Assembly: GCA_963848965.1 (NCBI GenBank)
Contig: CAWKFG010000001.1
Span: 32,001-96,000, forward strand
Direction of reading: 5' to 3'
Origin: an uncultured bacterium
GTDB taxonomy: Bacteria; Babelota; Babeliae; Babelales; Babelaceae
Length of the DNA: 64,000 nt
Below are positions 43,094-52,791 of this stretch, piece by piece; positions within the stretch are counted from its first letter, which is position 1; the number at the start of each line of letters is the position of its first letter. The notes beneath the pieces were generated by a model. It was not told where the DNA came from, ran no database searches, and was given only the letters and a program-made list of their open reading frames with translations. Made by a program: the position numbers and the translations under genes.

Positions 43094-44029
43094 TTACCCT
43101 CGAGAAATAGATAGGAAGTAATCTTCAAGTGTTGGCTTATCGATAGAAATCTGAGAATAAGTAATGTTTTGCTGCATAAGCTCTTTCAGAAAATCTGCAA
43201 GAGCATGTTCATCTATCTCAATTGAAAGCCATTTTTCTTCTACCTGGTAGGTAAGATTTTTTTGCTGAACATAAGCAATTGCTTGTGCTATATGCTGTGG
43301 TAGAAGAAGATGGAGATGTGCAAGTGAAACGCTTGCTGCTAGTTCTTCTGGAGTATTATTAGCAATGATAGTTCCCTTTTTCAACACAAGTACCCTATCG
43401 CATACTTCGCTTACTTCTGCCATGTTGTGCGAAGTGAAAAGAATTGAAACTCCGAATTGTTTACGTTGTTCTAAGATAAAGCGTCGTATATCTTGAGCAA
43501 TATCAGGATCAAGAGCAGCAGTAGGTTCATCAAGAAGTACAATACGCGGTGTTGTCAAGAATGCTTTTGCAAGCATAACACGTGTTGTTTCTCCTGCTGA
43601 AAGAACGCTTGCTGGTCTATCTTTTAAATGCCATACATTAAAAGCTGAAAGAAAATGTTTTATTTTTTCTTTCCGTTCTAGAGGTGTAAGGCCATAGAGT
43701 TTGCCATAAAAGTTAATGTTTTCATACACAGAAAGCCGTCCAGGAAACCGTACATAGGTGCTTGCAAATGACACATATTGGAGCACTTCAGAGCGGTGTT
43801 TCCATAAGTCTTTGCCAAAGTATTCAATGGATCCGGAAGTTGGTGTCATAGTGCTCAATAGCATTTGGATAGTGGTAGTTTTTCCAGCACCATTAGGGCC
43901 TAAAAGACCTACAATTTCACCTTTGCCAACCTCAAAAGAGATGCCTTTAACAATGGCGCTCTTTTTTGGTTTGAAGATGCCTCGTGTAAATGACTTTACT
44001 AAATTTTTTACTTTTAAGACCGTTTCCAT
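43094..44029 (-). CDS. ABC exporter ATP-binding subunit (DrrA/NodI-like)
   Basis: GPNGAGKTT, LSAGE, LLDEPT, TSHNMAEV, PTLEDYFL. Confidence 0.93.
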   Translation of the reverse strand: METVLKVKNLVKSFTRGIFKPKKSAIVKGISFEVGKGEIVGLLGPNGAGKTTTIQMLLSTMTPTSGSIEYFGKDLWKHRSEVLQYVSFASTYVRFPGRLSVYENINFYGKLYGLTPLERKEKIKHFLSAFNVWHLKDRPASVLSAGETTRVMLAKAFLTTPRIVLLDEPTAALDPDIAQDIRRFILEQRKQFGVSILFTSHNMAEVSEVCDRVLVLKKGTIIANNTPEELAASVSLAHLHLLLPQHIAQAIAYVQQKNLTYQVEEKWLSIEIDEHALADFLKELMQQNITYSQISIDKPTLEDYFLSISRG

Positions 44030-44251
44030 ACGGGGTCTTCCTTTGTTCAAATGACTATAAACTGCTCTCTTCTCCTTATAGTAAGAAGAAAGAAGCATCA
44101 CTATTATGATGAGGATTATATACTACTATAGCATATTTTAAATTTTTAAGGAAGAGCATGGTAATGCAAACATTTCTTACCGTAATGGATAGATGTATAC
44201 TTTCTTGATTTATAGCAAGAGTATATCTTATGCTGTAAAAAAGGAGGCTCT

Positions 44252-45901
44252 ATGATACTGTATTTATTTTTGGTAATTTTTAGTATAAGCGCTGTACAAG
44301 CAGAAGGAGCAAAACCTCATGTAAGTAAAGTTCCTTTTAAAAAGCTTTGTCCTCCTATTTTAGAAGCTAAAGGGACCTGTTCTGGTTGTACATTGCGGCA
44401 GTGGGCAAAGAAGATAGCTACATTGAAAGAGCGTCCTGCAGAGATATCTTCACTTCCTACCAAAGATACGTACCAGACCTCTATTTTAACACTTCAAGAG
44501 CTATTAGATTCAATTGAAACATGTGTACATACTATTGAGAATCAGTGTAAAGATACAGGTTGTTGGCTGAATAGAAAAACGCTTCAAGGAAAAGCGCCAG
44601 AAATCTTTAACATAAGGCGAGCATTCTTTCCTTTAAAAGAAGCAGGTAAAAATTTTATCTTTAAGCCTTATGCACAGCGACTTATTGTTCCGCCGGGAAG
44701 TACTGTTATCTTTTTTGGCGATCTTCATGGATCTGTTCATTCGCTTGTTCGTACGTTGCTCAAATTACATCGTGATGGCATTATATCTGATACATTTAAG
44801 ATACAATGGGCAAATACCTATATGGTATTTTTAGGAGATTATGTAGATCGTGGCATCTATGGTACAGAAGTTATTTATACTCTTATGCAGTTGAAAAATG
44901 CTAATCCTGATCATGTACTTATGGTACGTGGTAATCATGAAGAATATGGTTTAGGGCTTGCATTTGCTCGTAAATATATGAATAGAGAACCAAAAGAAGA
45001 TGCACCAAGCTTTCTTGATGAGCTTGATCGTAAATTTGGTATCTCCTGTAAAGATGAGACAATTATTTACCGCTTTTACGATATACTGCCTGTTGTACTG
45101 TATCTTGGTTGTCAAGATCAAGAGCATGTGAACTTTATCCAATGTTGCCATGGCGGTCTTGAGATAGGATATGATCCACAAAGCTTTTTACAAGCAGGTA
45201 AAACGGTGAACTATGATCTTATAGAAGTGCTTTGGCGTAAAAAACATTTTTATAGAAAGCTTACAGAACAACAACAGCATATGATTAAAAAGAATTTTGA
45301 TATTCCAACGCTCTGTAGCGATATAGTGAATCTTGTTCCTCGTGGGGCTTTTTATACAAGAACAGCTACTGGTCAGTCTTTTGGATTTGGCTTTATGTGG
45401 AATGATTTTTATACAGATCCACAAAAAGAGATAGGTCCTCGTAATTGGTCTAAAAATACGAGAATAAATACATTTGGTGGCTGGGTGTATGGTAAAGAGC
45501 TTTCTCAGGCATTGCTTTCATGGGGTAACTCAAAGACGTCAAGACTGCATGCTATTTTACGTGCTCATCAGCATAATAATGAAACGGGCGGTCCTATGCT
45601 GAATCTCCTTTGCTGTAATAAGGGGATAGTAAATGTGTGGGGCGAGAATATGGTTTATACGCTTGTTTCATCGCCAGATGCAAAACTTGAAGAGACAGGA
45701 GAACGCTGCTTTACGTATGATTCTTATTGTATGCTTACTACAGCACGCTCATTTAACGAATGGAAGTTTTCTCACTACTTTCAAGATGGCTCTGTTGCAC
45801 GAAGAAAATGGCAGAAAGTTCCTGTAAGATTCGGATCAATAGCGGCTCCTTCTATTACTAGTGCTCAAAGATCTATGCAACTTGATGCTGCTGTGCAGTA
45901 A
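44252..45901 (+). CDS. Secreted PPP-family (calcineurin-like) Ser/Thr phosphatase
   Basis: Signal peptide; GDLHG, GDYVDRG, RGNHE, CHGG, FMWND, RAHQ. Confidence 0.9.
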   Translation: MILYLFLVIFSISAVQAEGAKPHVSKVPFKKLCPPILEAKGTCSGCTLRQWAKKIATLKERPAEISSLPTKDTYQTSILTLQELLDSIETCVHTIENQCKDTGCWLNRKTLQGKAPEIFNIRRAFFPLKEAGKNFIFKPYAQRLIVPPGSTVIFFGDLHGSVHSLVRTLLKLHRDGIISDTFKIQWANTYMVFLGDYVDRGIYGTEVIYTLMQLKNANPDHVLMVRGNHEEYGLGLAFARKYMNREPKEDAPSFLDELDRKFGISCKDETIIYRFYDILPVVLYLGCQDQEHVNFIQCCHGGLEIGYDPQSFLQAGKTVNYDLIEVLWRKKHFYRKLTEQQQHMIKKNFDIPTLCSDIVNLVPRGAFYTRTATGQSFGFGFMWNDFYTDPQKEIGPRNWSKNTRINTFGGWVYGKELSQALLSWGNSKTSRLHAILRAHQHNNETGGPMLNLLCCNKGIVNVWGENMVYTLVSSPDAKLEETGERCFTYDSYCMLTTARSFNEWKFSHYFQDGSVARRKWQKVPVRFGSIAAPSITSAQRSMQLDAAVQ

Positions 45902-45912
45902 GCGTTCTTGAA

Positions 45913-46038
45913 GTGCAAGAAGAAGGAGAGAAAAAAGAGTATATTTGCAGTGAATGTGATAAGGCCTTTGCTTGTTCTGATACATTGGCACAGCATATAC
46001 GTACTCATACAAGAGAAAAGATACCAAAATTTTTATAA
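45913..46038 (+). pseudogene. Orphan single C2H2 zinc-finger ORF (41 aa), not in the ORF track
   Basis: VQEEGEKKEYICSECDKAFACSDTLAQHIRTHTREKIPKFL*; full Y-x-C-x2-C-x3-F-x5-L-x2-H-x3-H consensus plus an HTREK linker. Confidence 0.8.
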
Positions 46039-46218
46039 TATTATAAAATAATAAAAGGGCACTTTCTTGCTCGCTTTCTTTAACTATCACAACATAATTA
46101 ATCTTATTTGTATTGTATTGTTGACAAAATATAACTAATGCATAAGCTTTAGTATAATAAGATATATGTATCAATTCATACTTTAATAATAAGAATATTT
46201 TTAAAATTAAGTGAAATT

Positions 46219-47064
46219 ATGAATAAATTTATAGTGCTTATATGGTGTAGCATAATAGTTAATGTTTATGGAATGGGATACGATTTAGAAGTACAAAAAG
46301 ATGCGGTAAGTAATCAACAGCTAGGTTATATGTGCGGGTGTTGTGCTTTAAATTTTAGGGAAAAGAAAGATTTAGAATCGCATTATGCTTTGTTCCATGA
46401 AGAAGATAAAGAAAGTACAGTACAAGAGGATAGTGAGACCGAAGAAGTATATGTAACAGATACTGTCGTTGAACCTTGTGAACAACCAGACAATAATAAT
46501 GGTTCTGACCAGAATAATTTAGAGACTTCTAGAGGTACTTCATCTTTATTATTACTGGAAAGAGCGGTAACAAGATCACATAAAGCGGTTCAAGACATAC
46601 AAAAGCAAAAGAACTTTACTAGTAAAGCATGTGAAAAAAGAGTTAAAAAAGCAGTTCGAAAAAGGAAGGCTCCTAGCAAGTCTCAAAAACAGAAGGTGCG
46701 AGTTGGCGTTAATTTAACCGATAAGATAACAGCGGAAAATGTAGAGTATATAACGCTATCAAACGAGCAGGACAATGGTCAAGAGCAGGGTCTTTATTTT
46801 ATTGAAAGTGAAGAATCTTTTGCATATGAAGATTCAGATGTTGAGATTTTGACAGAGAACTTGCCACCAGAAAAGAAAAAAAAAGTATTGTTATATGAGT
46901 GTGATACATGTCAAAAAACATTTGTTGATCTGAGTAACTTAAAAGCCCACGAGCGTACTCATGAAAAACGACAGGCAGTCGCCTGTAAAGCTTGTAAAAG
47001 AACTTTTGCCGCGCAAATATATTTAGATAAGCATCGTTGTTCAAAAGTTAGTAATGTATGCTAG
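46219..47064 (+). CDS. Secreted C2H2 zinc-finger protein (candidate nuclear effector)
   Basis: Signal peptide; fingers CGCCALNFREKKDLESHYALFH, CDTCQKTFVDLSNLKAHERTH, CKACKRTFAAQIYLDKHRC; basic clusters KRVKKAVRKRK and PPEKKKKV. Confidence 0.85.
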   Translation: MNKFIVLIWCSIIVNVYGMGYDLEVQKDAVSNQQLGYMCGCCALNFREKKDLESHYALFHEEDKESTVQEDSETEEVYVTDTVVEPCEQPDNNNGSDQNNLETSRGTSSLLLLERAVTRSHKAVQDIQKQKNFTSKACEKRVKKAVRKRKAPSKSQKQKVRVGVNLTDKITAENVEYITLSNEQDNGQEQGLYFIESEESFAYEDSDVEILTENLPPEKKKKVLLYECDTCQKTFVDLSNLKAHERTHEKRQAVACKACKRTFAAQIYLDKHRCSKVSNVC

Positions 47065-47227
47065 AGAGCAATTACGAAAGAATAGCACATGAAAAGATAC
47101 TCTTACTGACGGCTTGTCCCTAGTAAGCGTATCGAATGTGACAGGGCTTTTGCTATTTCTAGCAACTTAACAAAATATAAGGTAATTTATAAGCGCTGAA
47201 AAATCGTATAGGTACCTGGAGAGAATG

Positions 47228-48550
47228 TCACTCTTGGTTAATCATTTTTTCTAGCAAATGAGCAAGATCATGGGCAATACGCTTAGTTAGTTCTTCCTCT
47301 TGATCTTCTACCATAATTCTTAATTTATTCTCTGTGCCTGAGTAACGTACTATAAGCCTTCCAGATTGCAACCGTTTACCATAGTCTGCAATAAGTTCAG
47401 AAAATGGCGATTGTTTAAGATCTTTCTTTTCTTTAACTGAGATGTTAATAATAATTTGCGGATATTTATCAAACGTTGTCATATCCCAATTGTGAGTGGC
47501 TTTAATAGTTTCAAGAAGTTTGAGTGCCACTAATATACCATCACCAGTATTAATGATATTTTTTAATATGATATGTCCAGACTGTTCGCCGCCTAAAGAA
47601 AGCTTATGTGTCTGAAGTGCTTCAAGTATATGTTTATCTCCAACGGGAGTACGAATAAGTGTTTTGCCTTGAGATTTAAGATGTATCTCTAAAGCTTGAT
47701 TAGTCATTACAGTACCTACAAGGCTTTGTAAATGACGATAATCTGGATGAGTATGTAAAAGGAAAAGGAGATCGTCACCATCCTTTAATGCGCCATGTTG
47801 ATTTACAGCAATAACACGATCGCCATCTCCATCAAATGCAAACCCAATATGAGCTTTATGAGCAACTACAGCTTCTTGTAGTTTTTGTGGGTATAAAGTG
47901 CCCGATTCTTCGTTAATATTAAGGCCTGTAGGAGTATTATGAAGCACTATGGTAGTTGCACCTAATTTTTCAAAAATACGTGGTGCTACTCCATACGTTG
48001 CACCATGAGCAACGTCAAGCACTATAGTATAGCCTTTTAAAAAGTCATCCTGAAACAAGCCTGTTACACAATTTATATAAAGGTCTTCTGCCTGAAAAAC
48101 GGGCATCTCCATACCTAGATGCGTATAGCCTTTTTTATGCTCTTTTAAGAAAAGGCTACTAATACGCTTTTCATCTTCAGATGTTAGTTTGCCTGTATGA
48201 GTGTCTATGAGTTTAATGCCATTGTCATAATAAGGATTGTGAGAAGCTGAAATTACGATACCGCAGTTATATTGAGTATGCTTGTTCATAAGATGTAGTA
48301 CAGCAGGGGTAGGTAACACATAAGCATCATGAAGCTCTATTGGATACATAAGCAGCCCTGTTTTTAAAGAAGCTTTGAGCCAAGAGCACGACTGGCGAGT
48401 ATCATGGGCAAGAAGAATGGTACAATCAGGTCCGTATTTTTCTTGAGCCCACTGTGCAATAGCAGCTCCTAATAATGGAAGTGTCTCTGCTGTAAATGGA
48501 TGCATTCCTATACGGCTACGAATACCATCGGTGCCAAAAAGCGTACTCAT
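47228..48550 (-). CDS. glmM: Phosphoglucosamine mutase
   Basis: LFGTDGIR, VISASHNPYYDNGIK, FDGDGDR, GGEQSGH, VRYSGTE. Confidence 0.96.
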   Translation of the reverse strand: MSTLFGTDGIRSRIGMHPFTAETLPLLGAAIAQWAQEKYGPDCTILLAHDTRQSCSWLKASLKTGLLMYPIELHDAYVLPTPAVLHLMNKHTQYNCGIVISASHNPYYDNGIKLIDTHTGKLTSEDEKRISSLFLKEHKKGYTHLGMEMPVFQAEDLYINCVTGLFQDDFLKGYTIVLDVAHGATYGVAPRIFEKLGATTIVLHNTPTGLNINEESGTLYPQKLQEAVVAHKAHIGFAFDGDGDRVIAVNQHGALKDGDDLLFLLHTHPDYRHLQSLVGTVMTNQALEIHLKSQGKTLIRTPVGDKHILEALQTHKLSLGGEQSGHIILKNIINTGDGILVALKLLETIKATHNWDMTTFDKYPQIIINISVKEKKDLKQSPFSELIADYGKRLQSGRLIVRYSGTENKLRIMVEDQEEELTKRIAHDLAHLLEKMINQE

Positions 48551-48559
48551 TGAAGTCCT

Positions 48560-48946
48560 CTATGCTAATGTCTCATGTATAGTAACAACTATATTGTGAG
48601 GTATATAATCATTTAATGCAAGTGCTGGAGAAACAAAAAGATGCTCATGAGACAACGTAATACTATTGGGTCCTGACTTAAGCTCTTGCGCATTAATATG
48701 AATGGCAAGGCTCTTTGTATCTATATGAGAGAGCAAAGAGCGTCTTCCTTTAAGGTGTACCCAGACATATTCAGGTCCTTCTGGTTGTTGCTGTGTAGTA
48801 ACGTTATAGAAGCATAAGGGAACTTTAAACCAGTAATTTGTAGGGAATGTTTCTCCAATAATTGACCAGAGCATATATCCTAAAATAAGTGATGTACCCT
48901 TAAGAACCACATTACTTACAAATGCTTTTTTTATACTAACGTGCAT
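48560..48946 (-). CDS. Short CdaR/YbbR-like membrane protein
   Basis: N-terminal TM segment (LKGTSLILGYMLW) and one YbbR-like beta domain; lies between the cdaA-like gene and glmM. Confidence 0.7.
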   Translation of the reverse strand: MHVSIKKAFVSNVVLKGTSLILGYMLWSIIGETFPTNYWFKVPLCFYNVTTQQQPEGPEYVWVHLKGRRSLLSHIDTKSLAIHINAQELKSGPNSITLSHEHLFVSPALALNDYIPHNIVVTIHETLA

Positions 48947-48955
48947 AGAAGCTCC

Positions 48956-49807
48956 TTACATGATTTTTTCTTGATTTTTTTCCCCTACAACAGTAACAGA
49001 AGGTTCTGTATTGCGAGTTTTAGTTCCTAAAATGTTTCTTTGTAAGATAGCAAGAAGTTGCTCTGAACTAATTTCTTCTGCAATTTTGCCCTGCATAGCA
49101 AGATTAAAGGTGCGGCTTAAAATGTTAACCTTAAAAATAATGGCATCCGTTTTTGAGGAAACAAAGATAGCATCTTGTTTCCATTTATGCAGTGCTTGTG
49201 CTTCTTGTGTGATCCACTCTTCATCAAGATTAATACGCCAAGCAGCATTGATAGCAACAAGCTTGCCTTCTTGTGTAACCCACACAAGATAATCGTTTGT
49301 ACAGAGATGCTTTTCAATAAGAATATCAAAAATGTCTTTTTTTAAGTCGGCATAAAAAAGGCAAGGTGCATACAGAATGTTTTTAAGGCTATCGTTTCTT
49401 TCTACTACTATAACCAGCTCTTTATTATTATTAAGTGCTGTAAGGCTACCGCGCATAAGTTCGTCTATCCAATGAGAAGAAAACTCTTGTGGTTTTTGAG
49501 CTTTCTTAAACATAACAAAGTTTCTTTGCAACGTTTCTTGGTGAAGTACTATAAAGAGCATAAGTGCTAATGGAGCACCAGTGAGCAAGGTAGCATGTAC
49601 TGTCGAAAGTTGAGCATAATAAGAGCCGCACAAAAGAATACAGTAGACATAAAATGAGTAGGTAAGGTTTGTTTGCGTATCTCTTTTGAGCCACGATAAA
49701 AATGAATAAATAAGAGTTGTGAAAATAAAAATTTCTCCATAATCGCGCCACGGTACTAATGAAAGCTTATGAGTAAGAGAAAAAAGAATCTCGGATATAT
49801 TAGACAT
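48956..49807 (-). CDS. CdaA/DacA-like membrane protein with degenerate diadenylate cyclase domain
   Basis: Three N-terminal TM segments ending IVLHQETLQR; LVIVVER and SSKTDAII align with DisA_N; DGA and RHR motifs absent; cdaA-cdaR-glmM synteny. Confidence 0.8.
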   Translation of the reverse strand: MSNISEILFSLTHKLSLVPWRDYGEIFIFTTLIYSFLSWLKRDTQTNLTYSFYVYCILLCGSYYAQLSTVHATLLTGAPLALMLFIVLHQETLQRNFVMFKKAQKPQEFSSHWIDELMRGSLTALNNNKELVIVVERNDSLKNILYAPCLFYADLKKDIFDILIEKHLCTNDYLVWVTQEGKLVAINAAWRINLDEEWITQEAQALHKWKQDAIFVSSKTDAIIFKVNILSRTFNLAMQGKIAEEISSEQLLAILQRNILGTKTRNTEPSVTVVGEKNQEKIM

Positions 49808-49903
49808 ACCTTCTCTCCTTGAGTAAACTATGGTATAGAACTCCAAACAAAGCGTACTAAGTTTGTACCTGCTTTGTATAGTATTAAGAGAGGTAAATAA
49901 TAA

Positions 49904-50923
<1,020 letters not shown>

Positions 50924-50931
50924 GGAGAGCT

Positions 50932-51531
50932 ATGCATAACCAGCATGAACATAGACACTATAGAAGAAAGTATATTTATCCCTTCTTTGTAGGGGCTTTC
51001 TTTCTTATGGCAGTTATTGCTGTATCACGATATTTCCTTTTTCAAGTACGTATTGCTAGCGATGAGCAAATTGCAGATCATATTAAACGGTTAGATGCTA
51101 TCTTTAAACGAATTAACGATTGCTGTAAAATTACCGGTTTTAGGCGCCAAAAAGACTATATAGACTTTTTAAATGTGGCAAAGTTTGAAGGTTCTCAAGT
51201 TGGTCCTATGAATCTTGTAAATCCAGGTCATTGGGAAGGACCTTACTTAGATCAGAACCTTTCTATTGAAGGGAAAGAGTATCAAATTGTAGGAACCAAA
51301 AAAGGGTACTATATCATTCCTGGCGATGGTGTAAAGCTTTCAAACGGACAAATTATAGGAAAAACCCTTAAAGTTACTCGTAGCACCGATGTAGAAGGAC
51401 TTATACGTGATCCAAAGGCGCTCCTTAGTAGTGACCGGCCACTCGCTGCTCGTATAGAGACAGTTCAAAATCCATTTGAAGCTCTTACTAAAGATGACTT
51501 TTTAGATGAAGAGCGAGAGCTTACCTATTAG
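50932..51531 (+). CDS. Membrane-anchored protein with GspG/pseudopilin-like features
   Basis: Basic N-terminus, single TM segment, amphipathic helix, WEGPYL (GspG has W.GPYL); no clear G|FxxxE prepilin site. Confidence 0.45.
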   Translation: MHNQHEHRHYRRKYIYPFFVGAFFLMAVIAVSRYFLFQVRIASDEQIADHIKRLDAIFKRINDCCKITGFRRQKDYIDFLNVAKFEGSQVGPMNLVNPGHWEGPYLDQNLSIEGKEYQIVGTKKGYYIIPGDGVKLSNGQIIGKTLKVTRSTDVEGLIRDPKALLSSDRPLAARIETVQNPFEALTKDDFLDEERELTY

Positions 51532-51618
51532 AATCCTATACTAGTACCTGCACGTGACAAGTAAGCAATTTTTGTGTATTATATAAGAGAAATTAAAAGT
51601 ATAATTATAGGAACTAGT

Positions 51619-52692
51619 ATGCTAAAACTCCTTGTGGGAGCAATTGTTATTTTTGCTTCATCTTTCTCTTATACCTATCTTATTAATACTGTTGGGCTTC
51701 AAGATAAGGCTCAAAAAAAGGTATTACTCTATGGAGATCTTCATCATGTTGATGAATGTATAGATTTTGCCTTTACTAAGAGGCAGGTGAGCCTCTGCAA
51801 GCGTAAGCTAGCGCGGTTAAAGAAGAAGAGGTATAAAACGGTAAAAATTTGGTATGAAGGAAGAAATAAAGATGATAAATGGGCCCAGATGAACCCTGCT
51901 TTAAAGAATGATTTATTGCCTTCACTCGATATTCTCAATGATAAAAAGAATTTTGGTCTTGCTAACATAGAAAATAGAACATTTTTAGTAGACTGTACGT
52001 TAATGGGCGCAAAGCTCTGTGCTTGTAAGCATATAGATAAAGATATTTATGGTATAAAAAATAAAATACGCTGTTTAAAACAGATGGGCTATTATCCTGA
52101 AGATACGTTAGAAGACTTAAAAGCAGAATTAGAGCGTTTAAAATTTGTAAAGTCTCTTCCTTCAGATAAAGAGCTTATTGAACGAATAACTACACAATTA
52201 CAAGAAGTAGTAACTGGTATAGAAACGAATATAAAGGACTGTGAAGCTCAAGGAACATTATCTAAAAAGCATGTACGATACTTGCGTAAAGACCTCTTGC
52301 GGTCACAAAAAATGCGTACTTCTGCTCTTGAAAAGCTTTTAAAAGTTAAGGAAGGCAAACGGAAGTTTACTCGCAAGTTGTTAGAACAGATAATTATGGC
52401 TACCTTTAATCTTTTTGATAGTAATTTTGTTTTACAGGTTGTAAGTGATTCTTCAACAAAAAAGCATGTTCTTTTTGCAGGGTGTGCACATACAGACAAT
52501 ATTGCTCGTATGCTTAAAGATATGGGCTTTAATGAGTTCTGTAGAGGAGGAAGCTCCCATGAAGACCTTATAAAAAGCCGGCTCAATATAAAAACAGAGC
52601 TTGTAGCTCCTATTCACGAGAGCGACTTTAATCTTATAATGCTTGAACAGCAGGAGAAAAGCAGTAGCCAGTCCTTAAGAAATTTGAACTAA
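51619..52692 (+). CDS. Secreted hypothetical protein, possible TraB/ChaN/EreA-like fold
   Basis: Start MLKLL; signal peptide; LYGDLH, IWYEG, LFAGCAH motifs. Confidence 0.5.
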   Translation: MLKLLVGAIVIFASSFSYTYLINTVGLQDKAQKKVLLYGDLHHVDECIDFAFTKRQVSLCKRKLARLKKKRYKTVKIWYEGRNKDDKWAQMNPALKNDLLPSLDILNDKKNFGLANIENRTFLVDCTLMGAKLCACKHIDKDIYGIKNKIRCLKQMGYYPEDTLEDLKAELERLKFVKSLPSDKELIERITTQLQEVVTGIETNIKDCEAQGTLSKKHVRYLRKDLLRSQKMRTSALEKLLKVKEGKRKFTRKLLEQIIMATFNLFDSNFVLQVVSDSSTKKHVLFAGCAHTDNIARMLKDMGFNEFCRGGSSHEDLIKSRLNIKTELVAPIHESDFNLIMLEQQEKSSSQSLRNLN

Positions 52693-52791
52693 GTAAAGCA
52701 AAAATCCTTGACTCTATGAGCACCATATAGGCAATCTTTTAAGCTCTAACTTGTGTAAGTTGTTGGAATAGTTCGTGGAGTAATATATGTT

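Noticed and set aside
45836..46174. 112-aa minus-strand ORF in the track
   Set aside because: Shadow ORF over AT-rich promoter DNA; the plus strand encodes a recognisable zinc finger here
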